From an archaeon (GTDB lineage Archaea > Thermoplasmatota > Thermoplasmata > Methanomassiliicoccales > Methanomethylophilaceae), in the NCBI GenBank assembly GCA_024399215.1, contig JAKSHT010000001.1, forward strand, positions 16,752-80,751: a stretch of 64,000 nt of DNA, written 5' to 3'. The position numbers were made by a program, and so were the translations under genes. The notes below the pieces were generated by a model that did not search any database, had not been told where the DNA came from, and saw only the letters and a list, made by a program, of their open reading frames with translations. This document shows, in pieces, positions 30,110 through 39,844 of this stretch. Positions within the stretch are counted from its first letter, which is position 1. The number at the start of each line of letters is the position of its first letter.

Positions 30110-30487
30110 ATGACAAGCAGCAAATCAAGAATCCAAAGAAAGTCGCAGATCAACGCACCTACACACATCGCGGGAAAAAAGCTTTCAGCTCATCTTAGCG
30201 AAAGTCTTCAAAGTCAGTTTAATAGGCGCACAGCAAGAATATGCACAGGAGACACAGTCACTGTCCTCCGCGGCGCAAAGAATATCCGCGGAACAGAGGG
30301 TAAAGTTGTCAAAGTCTCAACTACAGATGGCCGCGTTGCAATTGATGGAGTTACCATCAATCAGGCAGACGGAACAGCCGTTGCTCGACCTATTCATGCC
30401 TCAAATGTGGTTATTACCAAGTTAAATCTTAACGACACGTGGAGAAAGAACATGCTCTCAAGAAAAGGGGGTTTAGACAGTGAGTAA
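30110..30487 (+). CDS. rpl24: 50S ribosomal protein uL24
   Basis: GDTVTVLRG KOW motif, PIHASNV. Confidence 0.95.
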   Translation: MTSSKSRIQRKSQINAPTHIAGKKLSAHLSESLQSQFNRRTARICTGDTVTVLRGAKNIRGTEGKVVKVSTTDGRVAIDGVTINQADGTAVARPIHASNVVITKLNLNDTWRKNMLSRKGGLDSE

Positions 30488-31187
30488 TCATTTGAAAAGA
30501 CTGGCTGCACCCAGGTCTTGGCCAATAGAGAAGAAAGCCAGTACATGGATAACGAAACAGTGTCCGGGAACGCATTCTATTGACGAAAGCCTACCAGTGT
30601 CTATGATACTTAGAGATATACTCAAGGTATGCGACACTGCAAGAGAAGCAAAGAGAATTGTTGGAAATCGCAGGCTCATGATTGATGGAAGACCTGTCAG
30701 ATCTGTTAAAACACCCGTTGGGCTTATGGATGTTGTATCAATCCCTCTGATGGAGATACATTGTCGTATTATGCTCACTGATAAAGGGAAACTTACAGCT
30801 ATCCCAATCCCTAAAGATGATGCACTATGGAAACTTTGTCTTATCGAAAACAAGACAAAAGTAAAAAAAGAAAAAATTCAAGTAAATCTTCATGACGGAA
30901 AGAACATTCTGATCAATGAAAACGAATACAGAGTAGGAGATGTCCTCAAAATTTCTGTTCCCGATCAGAAGATTATCGAACTATACGAACTTAAGAAAGG
31001 AGCATCAGTCCTTGTTCGAAAAGGACGCCATGCTGGCAAAATAGCAGTTGTTGACGAATACACAACTACAAAAAGCACGTCGTCAAACGTTGTAAAATTT
31101 ACAGACGGAACAGAGACAATCAAAGACAACGTCTTTGTTATTGGAAACGAAGAATTAGCAGTTAAACTTCCTGAGGCCTCAACATGA
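30480..31187 (+). CDS. rps4e: 30S ribosomal protein eS4
   Basis: HLKRLAAPRSW, PVGLMDV, LHDGKN. Confidence 0.96.
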   Translation: MSNHLKRLAAPRSWPIEKKASTWITKQCPGTHSIDESLPVSMILRDILKVCDTAREAKRIVGNRRLMIDGRPVRSVKTPVGLMDVVSIPLMEIHCRIMLTDKGKLTAIPIPKDDALWKLCLIENKTKVKKEKIQVNLHDGKNILINENEYRVGDVLKISVPDQKIIELYELKKGASVLVRKGRHAGKIAVVDEYTTTKSTSSNVVKFTDGTETIKDNVFVIGNEELAVKLPEAST

Positions 31188-31690
31188 GTATGAGAGATAT
31201 ACAGATAGGGAAAATTGTTGTTAATATTGGCGTCGGCGAAGCTGGCGAAAGACTCGTGAAAGCTTTCAAAGTTCTTGAGATGGTCACAAACCAAAAACCC
31301 GTTCAAACAGTTTCCAAAACCGTCAACAGAGATCTCGGTATCCGTAAAGGTATGCCTCTTGGTTGTAAAGTTACATTGAGAGGAAACATTGCAACGTCAT
31401 TCCTCGAAAGAGCACTTGCGATTCGAGAGTATCGTATGCACGAATACTCTTTTGACAAAGAAGGAAACATGTCCTTTGGCATTACAGACTACACTGATTT
31501 TGACGGTATGAAGTACGATCCCGAAATTGGTATTTTCGGAATGGATGTATGTGTCGTCCTTGGAAGACTTGGGGGCAGAATCAATCAGAGATCGTTATTA
31601 AAAAGAAAAATTTCCAAATCACATCGAGTTCAGAGAGATGAAGCCATACAGTTCATGAAAGATAACTTCAAGGTGAGAGTGATAGAATGA
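31184..31690 (+). CDS. rpl5: 50S ribosomal protein uL5
   Basis: [29 protein letters not shown]. Confidence 0.96.
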   Translation: MSMRDIQIGKIVVNIGVGEAGERLVKAFKVLEMVTNQKPVQTVSKTVNRDLGIRKGMPLGCKVTLRGNIATSFLERALAIREYRMHEYSFDKEGNMSFGITDYTDFDGMKYDPEIGIFGMDVCVVLGRLGGRINQRSLLKRKISKSHRVQRDEAIQFMKDNFKVRVIE

Positions 31691-31833
31691 AGCCAAAGAA
31701 AGAGTTCGGCAGAATCAAAGGTTGCACCAGATGTGGTCGTCGCAGGGGTATTATTAGAAGGTATGGTATGCACTTTTGCCGGCAATGTTTCAGAGAGATG
31801 GCGCCCGAACTTGGATTTAAAAAGTATTCGTGA
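31687..31833 (+). CDS. rps14: 30S ribosomal protein uS14 (Zn-binding), 48 aa; below the ORF-track size cut-off
   Basis: Own translation [48 protein letters not shown]. Confidence 0.96.
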   Translation: MKPKKEFGRIKGCTRCGRRRGIIRRYGMHFCRQCFREMAPELGFKKYS

Positions 31834-31842
31834 GATGAGAAG

Positions 31843-32232
31843 ATGCAAAGTGATCCATTAAACGATGCAATGTCAGTTATGAAAAATGCTGCAGAAAACG
31901 GACAAAAGGAATGTGTTATCGAACCATCATCAAAACTCATTGGTCGCGTGTTAAAGGTTATGCAAGACAACGGGTATATCAGCCAATTTGAGCGTATAGA
32001 GGACGGCAAAGCTGGTAAACTTCGCGTGGTCATGAAAGGGGCGATCAACAACTGTGGTGTGATTAAGCCAAGATACTCGGTCAAGGCAGTTGATCTTGAA
32101 AAATTCGAGGCAAGATATCTTCCGGCTCAAAATTTCGGCGTCTTAATTCTCACAACTACGGCTGGCGTTATTACGCAGTCCAATGCCAGGGAACTTGGCG
32201 TTGGTGGAAAATTACTAGCATTTGTATACTAA
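31843..32232 (+). CDS. rps8: 30S ribosomal protein uS8
   Basis: DPLNDA, INNCGVIKPR, GGKLLAFVY. Confidence 0.96.
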   Translation: MQSDPLNDAMSVMKNAAENGQKECVIEPSSKLIGRVLKVMQDNGYISQFERIEDGKAGKLRVVMKGAINNCGVIKPRYSVKAVDLEKFEARYLPAQNFGVLILTTTAGVITQSNARELGVGGKLLAFVY

Positions 32233-32244
32233 AAAGGGATTTGA

Positions 32245-32796
32245 ATGACAGTAGCAGGAAAGATTGAAAGTACCATCGCTGTGCCCGAAGGGGTGCATGT
32301 CTCCATGAAAGACAGCACCATAAGAGTCAAGGGACCCAAAGGGGAATTAAGCAGAAATTTCACACACCCTACTGTGAGTGTAGTTGCCGAAAAAGACAGT
32401 GTAGTCGTAGGTTGCGAATATCCGAACATCAGAGAAAAGGCAATGGTGGGAACCTTCTGCGCACATGTAAGAAACATGATCAGAGGGGTAACGGAAGGCT
32501 ACACATATACGCTAAAAATCGTGTTTTCCCATTTTCCAATGAAAGCAGCAGTCAAGGGAAATAAAATTGAAATTAGCAACTACATGGGTGGGCACTCTCT
32601 TCGCTATGCAGACATTATTAGTGGATGTAAGGTTAAAATCAGTGGGTCAGACGTAACAGTCGAAGGATGTGACATTGAAGCAGTTGGCCAAACTTCTGCA
32701 AACCTTGAGAGGGCAACGTCTCGAAGAGGATTTGATAAGAGAGTTTTCCAAGATGGCATTTACATTGTCCATAAATCACACAAGGTGAAAGAATGA
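32245..32796 (+). CDS. rpl6: 50S ribosomal protein uL6
   Basis: VKGPKGEL, SHFPM, DKRVFQDGIY. Confidence 0.96.
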   Translation: MTVAGKIESTIAVPEGVHVSMKDSTIRVKGPKGELSRNFTHPTVSVVAEKDSVVVGCEYPNIREKAMVGTFCAHVRNMIRGVTEGYTYTLKIVFSHFPMKAAVKGNKIEISNYMGGHSLRYADIISGCKVKISGSDVTVEGCDIEAVGQTSANLERATSRRGFDKRVFQDGIYIVHKSHKVKE

Positions 32797-33491
32797 CTAT
32801 CAAAAGCTTTACCGATCTCCCAGGCCTGAAAGAGAAAAATGTAGCAGAGTTGGAATCGATCGGGATTACAACGATAGATGCACTTGCAAATGCACTCAAC
32901 GACGAAAATAAGGTCAAAGAAATAATCAAAACATTGTCTAGAGTAGGTCCTAAGACAGTCGAAAAGTGGAAGTCACAGATTTCTGCCACAGAAGGCGCTG
33001 TGGAAGAAGGAAGCGAGGATGTTAAGGATATAACATCCGAATCCAAAAGTATTAACAGGAAGGAGGAGGGAAAATATACACCATCAATCAAACCCTCTCT
33101 GGACACAGAAACTAAAAGTGCAATTGCAAAGAGAGAGATTATTAGCCAACGGAGACCCACCTTCAAAAGACAGGAGTGGTTTAGATATTCCAAACTCAAG
33201 GAAGGATGGAAAAGACCAAAAGGAATTCATTCAAAAATGAAAAGAAACCTTAAAAGACGTCCTCCGGTCGTCGATATAGGCTTCCGCGGTCCTACCAGAG
33301 CAAGAGGTCTCCATTCTTCAGGATTTGAAGAAATTTTTGTCTGCAATGTTACAGATCTCGAAAAAGTTGTTGATATTAAAACACAGGCAGCTCGCATTAG
33401 TGGCACAGTCGGTACAAAGAAAAGGATTGACATCCAAAATAGAGCCAAAGAACTCGGTATAAGAGTCCTTAATATGGTGGTACAAATATGA
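32793..33491 (+). CDS. rpl32e: 50S ribosomal protein eL32 with N-terminal HhH-like domain
   Basis: C-terminal FKRQEW, WKRPKGIHSK, RVLN; N-terminal LPGL and RVGPKT HhH-like repeats. Confidence 0.93.
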   Translation: MTIKSFTDLPGLKEKNVAELESIGITTIDALANALNDENKVKEIIKTLSRVGPKTVEKWKSQISATEGAVEEGSEDVKDITSESKSINRKEEGKYTPSIKPSLDTETKSAIAKREIISQRRPTFKRQEWFRYSKLKEGWKRPKGIHSKMKRNLKRRPPVVDIGFRGPTRARGLHSSGFEEIFVCNVTDLEKVVDIKTQAARISGTVGTKKRIDIQNRAKELGIRVLNMVVQI

Positions 33492-33943
33492 ATCTCAAGA
33501 ATCAGAGGAGAATGGCAGCAGAGATTCTCAAATGTGGTGCAAATAGAGTCTGGATTAATCCTGATAAGGTCGAAGATGTTGCGGGATATATCACTCGTGC
33601 GAATATCCGCTCTGCGATCGAGTCCGATTTAATTAAGGCAAAGACTAAGAGCGGCACGTCATACGGAAGAATACGGTACGCACAAGGCCAAAAAACAAAG
33701 GGCAAGAGAAAAGGTCCAGGAAGCAAGAAGGGTACTGACAACGCACGCGTATCAGAGAAGAGAAAATGGATTTCAACGATTCGGCCTATTCGCGATGAGC
33801 TAAAAACACTTCGGTCTGAGGGGGAAATTACACCATCTATATACAGGCTGTATTATAACAGAGCAAAAGGCGGTGTTTACAAAAGTCGTAGAAATCTTAG
33901 GGTGCATATATCCAGCACAGGACACCTAAAGGAGGGGAACTAA
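33488..33943 (+). CDS. rpl19e: 50S ribosomal protein eL19
   Basis: QRRMAAEIL, RVWINP, RKGPGSKKG. Confidence 0.96.
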   Translation: MNLKNQRRMAAEILKCGANRVWINPDKVEDVAGYITRANIRSAIESDLIKAKTKSGTSYGRIRYAQGQKTKGKRKGPGSKKGTDNARVSEKRKWISTIRPIRDELKTLRSEGEITPSIYRLYYNRAKGGVYKSRRNLRVHISSTGHLKEGN

Positions 33944-34443
33944 TGGCTACAGGACCCAGATATAATGTCGCGTTTAGGAGAAGAAGAGAAGGTCGTACAA
34001 ACTATTACGCCCGTCGTAAACTCCTCACAGGTGGAAAATTAAGGGTAGTTGTTCGAAGATCGAGTAGGAATGTTAACATTCAGTTCGAGGAGTTTAAAAT
34101 GGAGGGGGATAGAGCCATTGTGGCAGCAACATCCAAAGAATTAATTAAATATGGATGGAACCAGTCGCGCTCTAATATCCCTGCAGCCTATCTTACAGGA
34201 TATCTTGCCGGAAAGAAGGCATTAAAAGCAGGTATAAATTTAGCGATTCTTGATATAGGCATGCAGAACCCCAAATACGGAGGAGTTCTCTTTGCAACAG
34301 TTGCTGGAATGTGCGATGCTGGTCTAGAAATTCCCCACGGAGACAACGTTCTCCCAGAGAAAAGCAGATTAAATGGAGCGCACATCAATGAAAATATTGC
34401 AGCGGCAGTCACGGAAACTATAAGAAGAGTAGAGGCTGAGTAG
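33943..34443 (+). CDS. rpl18: 50S ribosomal protein uL18
   Basis: RRRREGRTNY, PAAYLTG, DAGLEIPH. Confidence 0.96.
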   Translation: MATGPRYNVAFRRRREGRTNYYARRKLLTGGKLRVVVRRSSRNVNIQFEEFKMEGDRAIVAATSKELIKYGWNQSRSNIPAAYLTGYLAGKKALKAGINLAILDIGMQNPKYGGVLFATVAGMCDAGLEIPHGDNVLPEKSRLNGAHINENIAAAVTETIRRVEAE

Positions 34444-35121
34444 ATGTCAGACTGGATTCCTAAAACAAGACTCGGGCAAATGGTTCTTAACGGTGACATT
34501 ACCACTATGAGTGATGCACTTACTACAAAACTCCCACTTCGCGAAGCCCAGATTACCGATATACTCCTTCCTGATCTCCAGGATAAGGTCATAGATCTCA
34601 ATATGGTACAAAGAATGACAGATTCTGGAAGAAGAGTAAGATTTGCCGTCACATGCGTTGTCGGAAATGGGGACGGCTTCATAGGAATAGGAAGAGCAAG
34701 AGGTAAAGAAGTTGGACCTGCGATTAGAAAAGCAATTGATAACGCTAAACTCAACATCATTGAAATTAAAAGAGGGTGCGGTTCATGGGAATGTGGTTGT
34801 CAGCAACCTCATTCGCTACCTTTTGAAGTTAAGGGTACATGTGGATCAGTCGAAGTAACATTCAAACCAGCACCACGCGGCATTACACTCGCAGTTGGGG
34901 ATGTTGCAAAAAGTATGCTTTCACTTGCAGGTATTAAAGACGCGTGGGGATTCGCTAGAGGTAACACAAAAACAAAGGTGAACTATGCGCTTGCTACATT
35001 TGAGGCCCTGAAAATGACTTCAAAAATACGGGTAACAGATGAACAGACGAATAATCAAAATATTGTATCTGGACCCGTAGGTCTTACAATCAAAGAAACC
35101 GATGCTAGCGCGGAGGAATAA
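34444..35121 (+). CDS. rps5: 30S ribosomal protein uS5
   Basis: WIPKTRLG, VQRMTDSGRR, RGCGSWEC. Confidence 0.97.
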   Translation: MSDWIPKTRLGQMVLNGDITTMSDALTTKLPLREAQITDILLPDLQDKVIDLNMVQRMTDSGRRVRFAVTCVVGNGDGFIGIGRARGKEVGPAIRKAIDNAKLNIIEIKRGCGSWECGCQQPHSLPFEVKGTCGSVEVTFKPAPRGITLAVGDVAKSMLSLAGIKDAWGFARGNTKTKVNYALATFEALKMTSKIRVTDEQTNNQNIVSGPVGLTIKETDASAEE

Positions 35122-35123
35122 GT

Positions 35124-35588
35124 ATGACTTATGCAGTAGTACGTGTCCGTGGTCAGCCAGATGTCAATTACAACATTGAGTACACCATGAGTCTACTAGG
35201 GCTTACAAGAGTTAACCATTGTACAATTGTCCCAGAGAACGACGTGGTAAGGGGGATGCTCCAAAAATCCAAAGATTATATCACATGGGGAGAAATAAAC
35301 GAAAAAACTCTAGCAGATATGATTCGAATTCGAGGAAAAGTTGCTGGTGATAAGACAATTACTGACGCCTATTTGCTAGAAAACTCAAATTTCAAAACGA
35401 TAGACGACGTGGCAAATGCAATAATTTGTAACAAAGGCAGGATGAAAGACATAAAAGGAGCTAAGTCCGTCTTTCGTCTTCACCCCCCAATTAAGGGTTT
35501 TGAAGGAAACAAGCGCTCATTCCAAAATGGAGGCTCTCTCGGATACAGAGGGAGTAAGATCAATGAGCTCATCGCTAGAATGTTATGA
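35124..35588 (+). CDS. rpl30: 50S ribosomal protein uL30
   Basis: AVVRVRG, FRLHPP, LGYRG. Confidence 0.96.
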   Translation: MTYAVVRVRGQPDVNYNIEYTMSLLGLTRVNHCTIVPENDVVRGMLQKSKDYITWGEINEKTLADMIRIRGKVAGDKTITDAYLLENSNFKTIDDVANAIICNKGRMKDIKGAKSVFRLHPPIKGFEGNKRSFQNGGSLGYRGSKINELIARML

Positions 35589-35598
35589 GGTGGGATAA

Positions 35599-36042
35599 GT
35601 GCCAAGCAGAACCAAAAAATTTAGGGGGCTAAGAACACACGGACGTGGAAAAAAGTCTGGAAGGGGAGCCGGGATTATTGGCGGACATGGTAACGCAGGT
35701 CTTGGAAAAACAAAGAAAATACGCACACTGAAGTATGACAGATTCCACTTCGGACGTTATGGATTTAAAAGACCACAACAAACTACATCCGCTGCAAATG
35801 TTCTCAACGTAAACGAGCTCGAGGAAAAAATTGGACTTTTGATTTCGTCTGGATTCGCAAAGAAAAATGGAGATATATGCGATGTAGATTTGACAAGTGC
35901 AGGTATTGATAAGCTTCTTGGTACCGGCAGTATTTCCATTAAGGCAAACGTCAAGGTAGCGGATATATCCGCTTCTGCTTTAAAGAAAATTCAGGCTGTT
36001 GGGGGTTCAGTTATAGGCTTCGAAACAGACGAAAAAGAATAA
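35599..36042 (+). CDS. rpl15: 50S ribosomal protein uL15
   Basis: RTHGRG, GGHGNAG, KLLGTG. Confidence 0.96.
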   Translation: MPSRTKKFRGLRTHGRGKKSGRGAGIIGGHGNAGLGKTKKIRTLKYDRFHFGRYGFKRPQQTTSAANVLNVNELEEKIGLLISSGFAKKNGDICDVDLTSAGIDKLLGTGSISIKANVKVADISASALKKIQAVGGSVIGFETDEKE

Positions 36043-36061
36043 GAACACGGACTAGGGGACA

Positions 36062-37597
36062 ATGGCGGAAGAGGCAAAAAGTTTATTCTATAAAATAAAA
36101 CCTCTGTCCGACAGACTCCCGTCAGTGGCACAGCCTGAAGGTCACGTTCACTTTAGGATGAAGATTCTTTGGGTCGCCGCCGCGTTGATAACATACTTCT
36201 TTCTATCCAATGTTTATGTTTACGGCCTTGATCAGACAAAGACATTGGATCTATTCGCACAATATAGGACGATCATGGCAGGTTCGTCCGGCTCACTTCT
36301 CCAACTTGGAATCGGGCCAATTGTCACCGCTTCCATTGTCATGCAACTCCTAGTTGGATCTAAGATTGTAAATCTAGATTTAACGAAAAAGGAGGATAAA
36401 GACTGCTATCATTCTGTCCTCAAACTGCTAGTAATATTCATGATTTTCGTTGAAGCAATACCGCAGGTGTTTGGATATCTCATACCTTCAGACCAATTTG
36501 CATCTAAATTTACCTTAAGTGGGGCGAGAGCACTTATCGTCCTCCAGATTGCAATTGGTTCGTATTTTGTATTTCTGATGGATGAAGTTATATCTAAATG
36601 GGGTATCGGCAGCGGTATCTCTTTATTCATTGCAGCAGGCGTGGCGGAATCATTATTCACCGGAACTCTAAACTGGAATCCCGTTTTACCAAATGCAGAA
36701 ACAAGTCTAAGTAACCCACCCGCGGGCACGATTCCTAAGGTAATCTATTTTCTTGTAGCGTGTTCACCGGCACAATTTAGCGACTATGGTTATCAAGAAA
36801 TTTTAATAGGACAACCAAATCCATTGATTGCTTTAATAGGCACAATATGTATTTTTTTGGTTGTAGCATATCTAGAATCAGTACGCATCGAACTTCCAAT
36901 ATCGCACGGCAGTGCCAGAGGCGTCAGGGGCAAATATCCAATTAAACTGATATACGCTAGCAATATCCCGGTTATCCTCATGTCTGCATTGCTGGCAAAT
37001 ATCAGTATGCTCGCACTGTTACTCTACAACAACGACATTTTAAGCAAAATCCCATTTTTAGGCCATAATCCTATACTAGGCTATTTCAGAGACGGAAATA
37101 CGTCAGCTGCGGGAGGATTAGCTTGGTATCTCTCAGCACCATCTGGTATCACGTCATGGTTAGTACCTATTTTTAATCCAACTATCGATGGAAACATCCA
37201 CTCGCCACTAATGAACATAATGCGCGTTGTCATTTATACATCAGTCATGATACTCGGGTCAGTATTATTTGCAAAATTTTGGGTAAATACTACAAATATG
37301 AATTCTAGGGCAGTGGCAGCTAAAATACAAAGAAGTGGAATGCATATCTCCGGGTTTCGCAGTGACACCCGAGTTATTGAACAAATTCTCGAAAAGTACA
37401 TACCGACAGTCACTGTTCTTTCTGGTGCAATTGTAGGGGCATTAGCAGCCTTTGCTGACTTAATTGGCACAACAGGAGGTGCCAGTGGCACAGGTGTCCT
37501 TCTCACCGTAGGAATTTTAATCCGTTTCTATGAGACAATTGGTCGTGAACAAATGATGGAAATGAATCCTATGGTACGAGAATTCTTTGGGGGATGA
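36062..37597 (+). CDS. secY: protein translocase subunit SecY
   Basis: LGIGPIVTASI, WGIGSGISLFI, YASNIP, GTGVLL. Confidence 0.97.
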   Translation: MAEEAKSLFYKIKPLSDRLPSVAQPEGHVHFRMKILWVAAALITYFFLSNVYVYGLDQTKTLDLFAQYRTIMAGSSGSLLQLGIGPIVTASIVMQLLVGSKIVNLDLTKKEDKDCYHSVLKLLVIFMIFVEAIPQVFGYLIPSDQFASKFTLSGARALIVLQIAIGSYFVFLMDEVISKWGIGSGISLFIAAGVAESLFTGTLNWNPVLPNAETSLSNPPAGTIPKVIYFLVACSPAQFSDYGYQEILIGQPNPLIALIGTICIFLVVAYLESVRIELPISHGSARGVRGKYPIKLIYASNIPVILMSALLANISMLALLLYNNDILSKIPFLGHNPILGYFRDGNTSAAGGLAWYLSAPSGITSWLVPIFNPTIDGNIHSPLMNIMRVVIYTSVMILGSVLFAKFWVNTTNMNSRAVAAKIQRSGMHISGFRSDTRVIEQILEKYIPTVTVLSGAIVGALAAFADLIGTTGGASGTGVLLTVGILIRFYETIGREQMMEMNPMVREFFGG

Positions 37598-37604
37598 GTA
37601 AGAA

Positions 37605-38285
37605 ATGAGTCAAAATAAGGGAAAATCATCAAAATCGTTCATATGGCGCATGTTAATTGTGATGGGTCTTCTTCTCGGACTTTATGCTATAGATGGGGAC
37701 GAATACGTAGTTGGCAAGTTTTTAAATCATTTCTTTAAGTTTATTGAATTAGACGGAAAATATCCAATCTTGACTCTCATGATCATGGGATCAATCATGA
37801 TCATTTTAAGTACCATTGTAAGAACAATGATGACAGACTCCGTAGAACAAAAAAAGACACAAGAATTCAGCAAAGCATTTCAAAAAGAGTTTCGTCAAGC
37901 CAGAATTGAAAATAATCTTCATAAATTAAAAAAATTGACAGACATGCAGCCACAAATAATGGCAAAAACTATGGAATCAAGCGGGCAAATGATGAACAGC
38001 ATGCCTTACACCATGATAATCATTGTTCCCGTCTTTCTTTGGGTCAGGTACTTCGTCAACGTTACACTTGCAACAGATCTTATGCGCACAATCAATTTAC
38101 CATGGTCAATGATCCCAGATGCCGGAGTTATTTTGACAGACAATGTTTGGTTCATTCCAGTATGGATTCTTATCTATTCGTTGGTAAGCATTCCTTTAAG
38201 CCAAATTATCATGAGATTCGTCAGATATATTCAATTTAAAAAGCGTCTCGACCAGTTTGCGGGTAAGTTAGAGAGAGTTACATGA
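37605..38285 (+). CDS. DUF106 / EMC3-TMCO1 (Oxa1 superfamily) membrane protein
   Basis: TM, coiled-coil, TM layout with WILIYSLVS; conserved position after secY. Confidence 0.8.
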   Translation: MSQNKGKSSKSFIWRMLIVMGLLLGLYAIDGDEYVVGKFLNHFFKFIELDGKYPILTLMIMGSIMIILSTIVRTMMTDSVEQKKTQEFSKAFQKEFRQARIENNLHKLKKLTDMQPQIMAKTMESSGQMMNSMPYTMIIIVPVFLWVRYFVNVTLATDLMRTINLPWSMIPDAGVILTDNVWFIPVWILIYSLVSIPLSQIIMRFVRYIQFKKRLDQFAGKLERVT

Positions 38286-38818
38286 GAATAACTATCAGTG
38301 GCCCTCCAGGATCCGGTAAAACTACCGTTTGTGACAAACTCTCCAAAATACTAGGCATAAAAGCAGTTGTTTTTGGAAGGCTTTTCAGAGAACTCGCCTT
38401 AGAAAAATGTATCTCTCTAGCGGAGTTAGGAATTTTAGCAGAGAAAGACTCATCTATTGATGCAAATATTGATGCTAAAATCGTCGAAATTGCCAAGTCA
38501 AATGACAATATCATTCTAGAATCTAGATTGGCAGCGCATATATGTGATAAAAATTCGATCTCAGCGTTTAAAATTTACATAAACGCAAGCCCCAAGGTGC
38601 GAATGCTAAGAATTAGCACTAGGGAAAAACAATCTCTAAAAGATGTTGAAGAAAATACTATTAAACGTCAGGCCTCAGAAGTGAAACGCTACAAAACTTA
38701 TTATAACATAGACATCAACGATATAAGCGTCTATGATCTCGTCGTAGACACGGACAACCTCGATTCTGATGGAGTCGTCAACGTAATTTTAAGGGCGATT
38801 GGAGGAAACAAGTGCTGA
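38282..38818 (+). CDS. cmk: cytidylate kinase
   Basis: ISGPPGSGKTT P-loop, ESRLA, YDLVVDT. Confidence 0.92.
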   Translation: MRITISGPPGSGKTTVCDKLSKILGIKAVVFGRLFRELALEKCISLAELGILAEKDSSIDANIDAKIVEIAKSNDNIILESRLAAHICDKNSISAFKIYINASPKVRMLRISTREKQSLKDVEENTIKRQASEVKRYKTYYNIDINDISVYDLVVDTDNLDSDGVVNVILRAIGGNKC

Positions 38819-39792
38819 TAAAAGATCCGGCAGCGATTCGGGATAGATGGGGCAAAAAACCATCTAATAGAACTATCGGCGAACTATTAGATGCAGGGGT
38901 CATCCCGCTAAACAAACCACGTGGGCCCACATCGCATCAAGTTACTGCATGGATAAAAACTGCCTTGCACATGTGTAAAGTGGGTCACGGAGGGACACTA
39001 GATCCTCATGTTAGTGGCGTGCTCCCAATTTGTACGGGAAAAGCAGTAAAATTAACAGACCTCGTCCTTTCATCTAACAAGGAGTATGTATGTCTTATGC
39101 GGCTCCATCATGATGAATCTGAAGCGAGAGTAAGACAAATAATATCTAGTTTTATAGGAAAAATTTATCAAATGCCGCCGGTCCGGTCTGCCATAAAGCG
39201 TCAGCTCAGAATAAGAAATATCAGCACAATAGATATCATCGAAATAAAGGAGCGTAACATTCTGTTTAGAATATCGTGTGACGCCGGCACGTACATAAGG
39301 ACTCTATGTACTGACATTGGCGAAGCATTAGGATGCGGAGCTAACATGATAGAATTGAGACGCTTACGCTCTGGAGAAATGGACGAAGCACACTCAACAA
39401 CGCTACAAGATCTCGTTGACGCGTATGTTTTCTGGCAACAGAATGGAAGAGAGGAGTGGTTTCGTAGTTTAATAAAACCCATAGAAGCGCTAATTGAACC
39501 ATTACCTAAAATTATTGTAAAAGCAACAGCTGTAGATGCAATATGCCACGGAGCAAACCTCAACGTGCAGGGCGTACATATGTTAGATGATGACATACGG
39601 AGAAATGCTTTAGTTGCTCTTATGACCATAAGCGGAGAACTTATAGCGATTGGAAAAATGATAATGTCCTCTCAAAAAGTTATGGTTACGAGTGTAGGGC
39701 AGGTTGTGAATGTTAAAAAAGTTTTGATGCAGCCAGGACACTACCCAAAAATGTGGCGTTCCACTTCAGTCCTAGATTGTAGTATTTCTTAA
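38812..39792 (+). CDS. cbf5: H/ACA RNA-guided pseudouridine synthase Cbf5
   Basis: KPRGPTSHQV, GHGGTLDP, GTYIRTLC, PUA domain, YPKMW. Confidence 0.95.
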   Translation: MLIKDPAAIRDRWGKKPSNRTIGELLDAGVIPLNKPRGPTSHQVTAWIKTALHMCKVGHGGTLDPHVSGVLPICTGKAVKLTDLVLSSNKEYVCLMRLHHDESEARVRQIISSFIGKIYQMPPVRSAIKRQLRIRNISTIDIIEIKERNILFRISCDAGTYIRTLCTDIGEALGCGANMIELRRLRSGEMDEAHSTTLQDLVDAYVFWQQNGREEWFRSLIKPIEALIEPLPKIIVKATAVDAICHGANLNVQGVHMLDDDIRRNALVALMTISGELIAIGKMIMSSQKVMVTSVGQVVNVKKVLMQPGHYPKMWRSTSVLDCSIS

Positions 39793-39844
39793 ATATGCAC
39801 AAAATTAATACCGGGCCAGGTTGCAGCTTTAGGGGGCGAGACCT

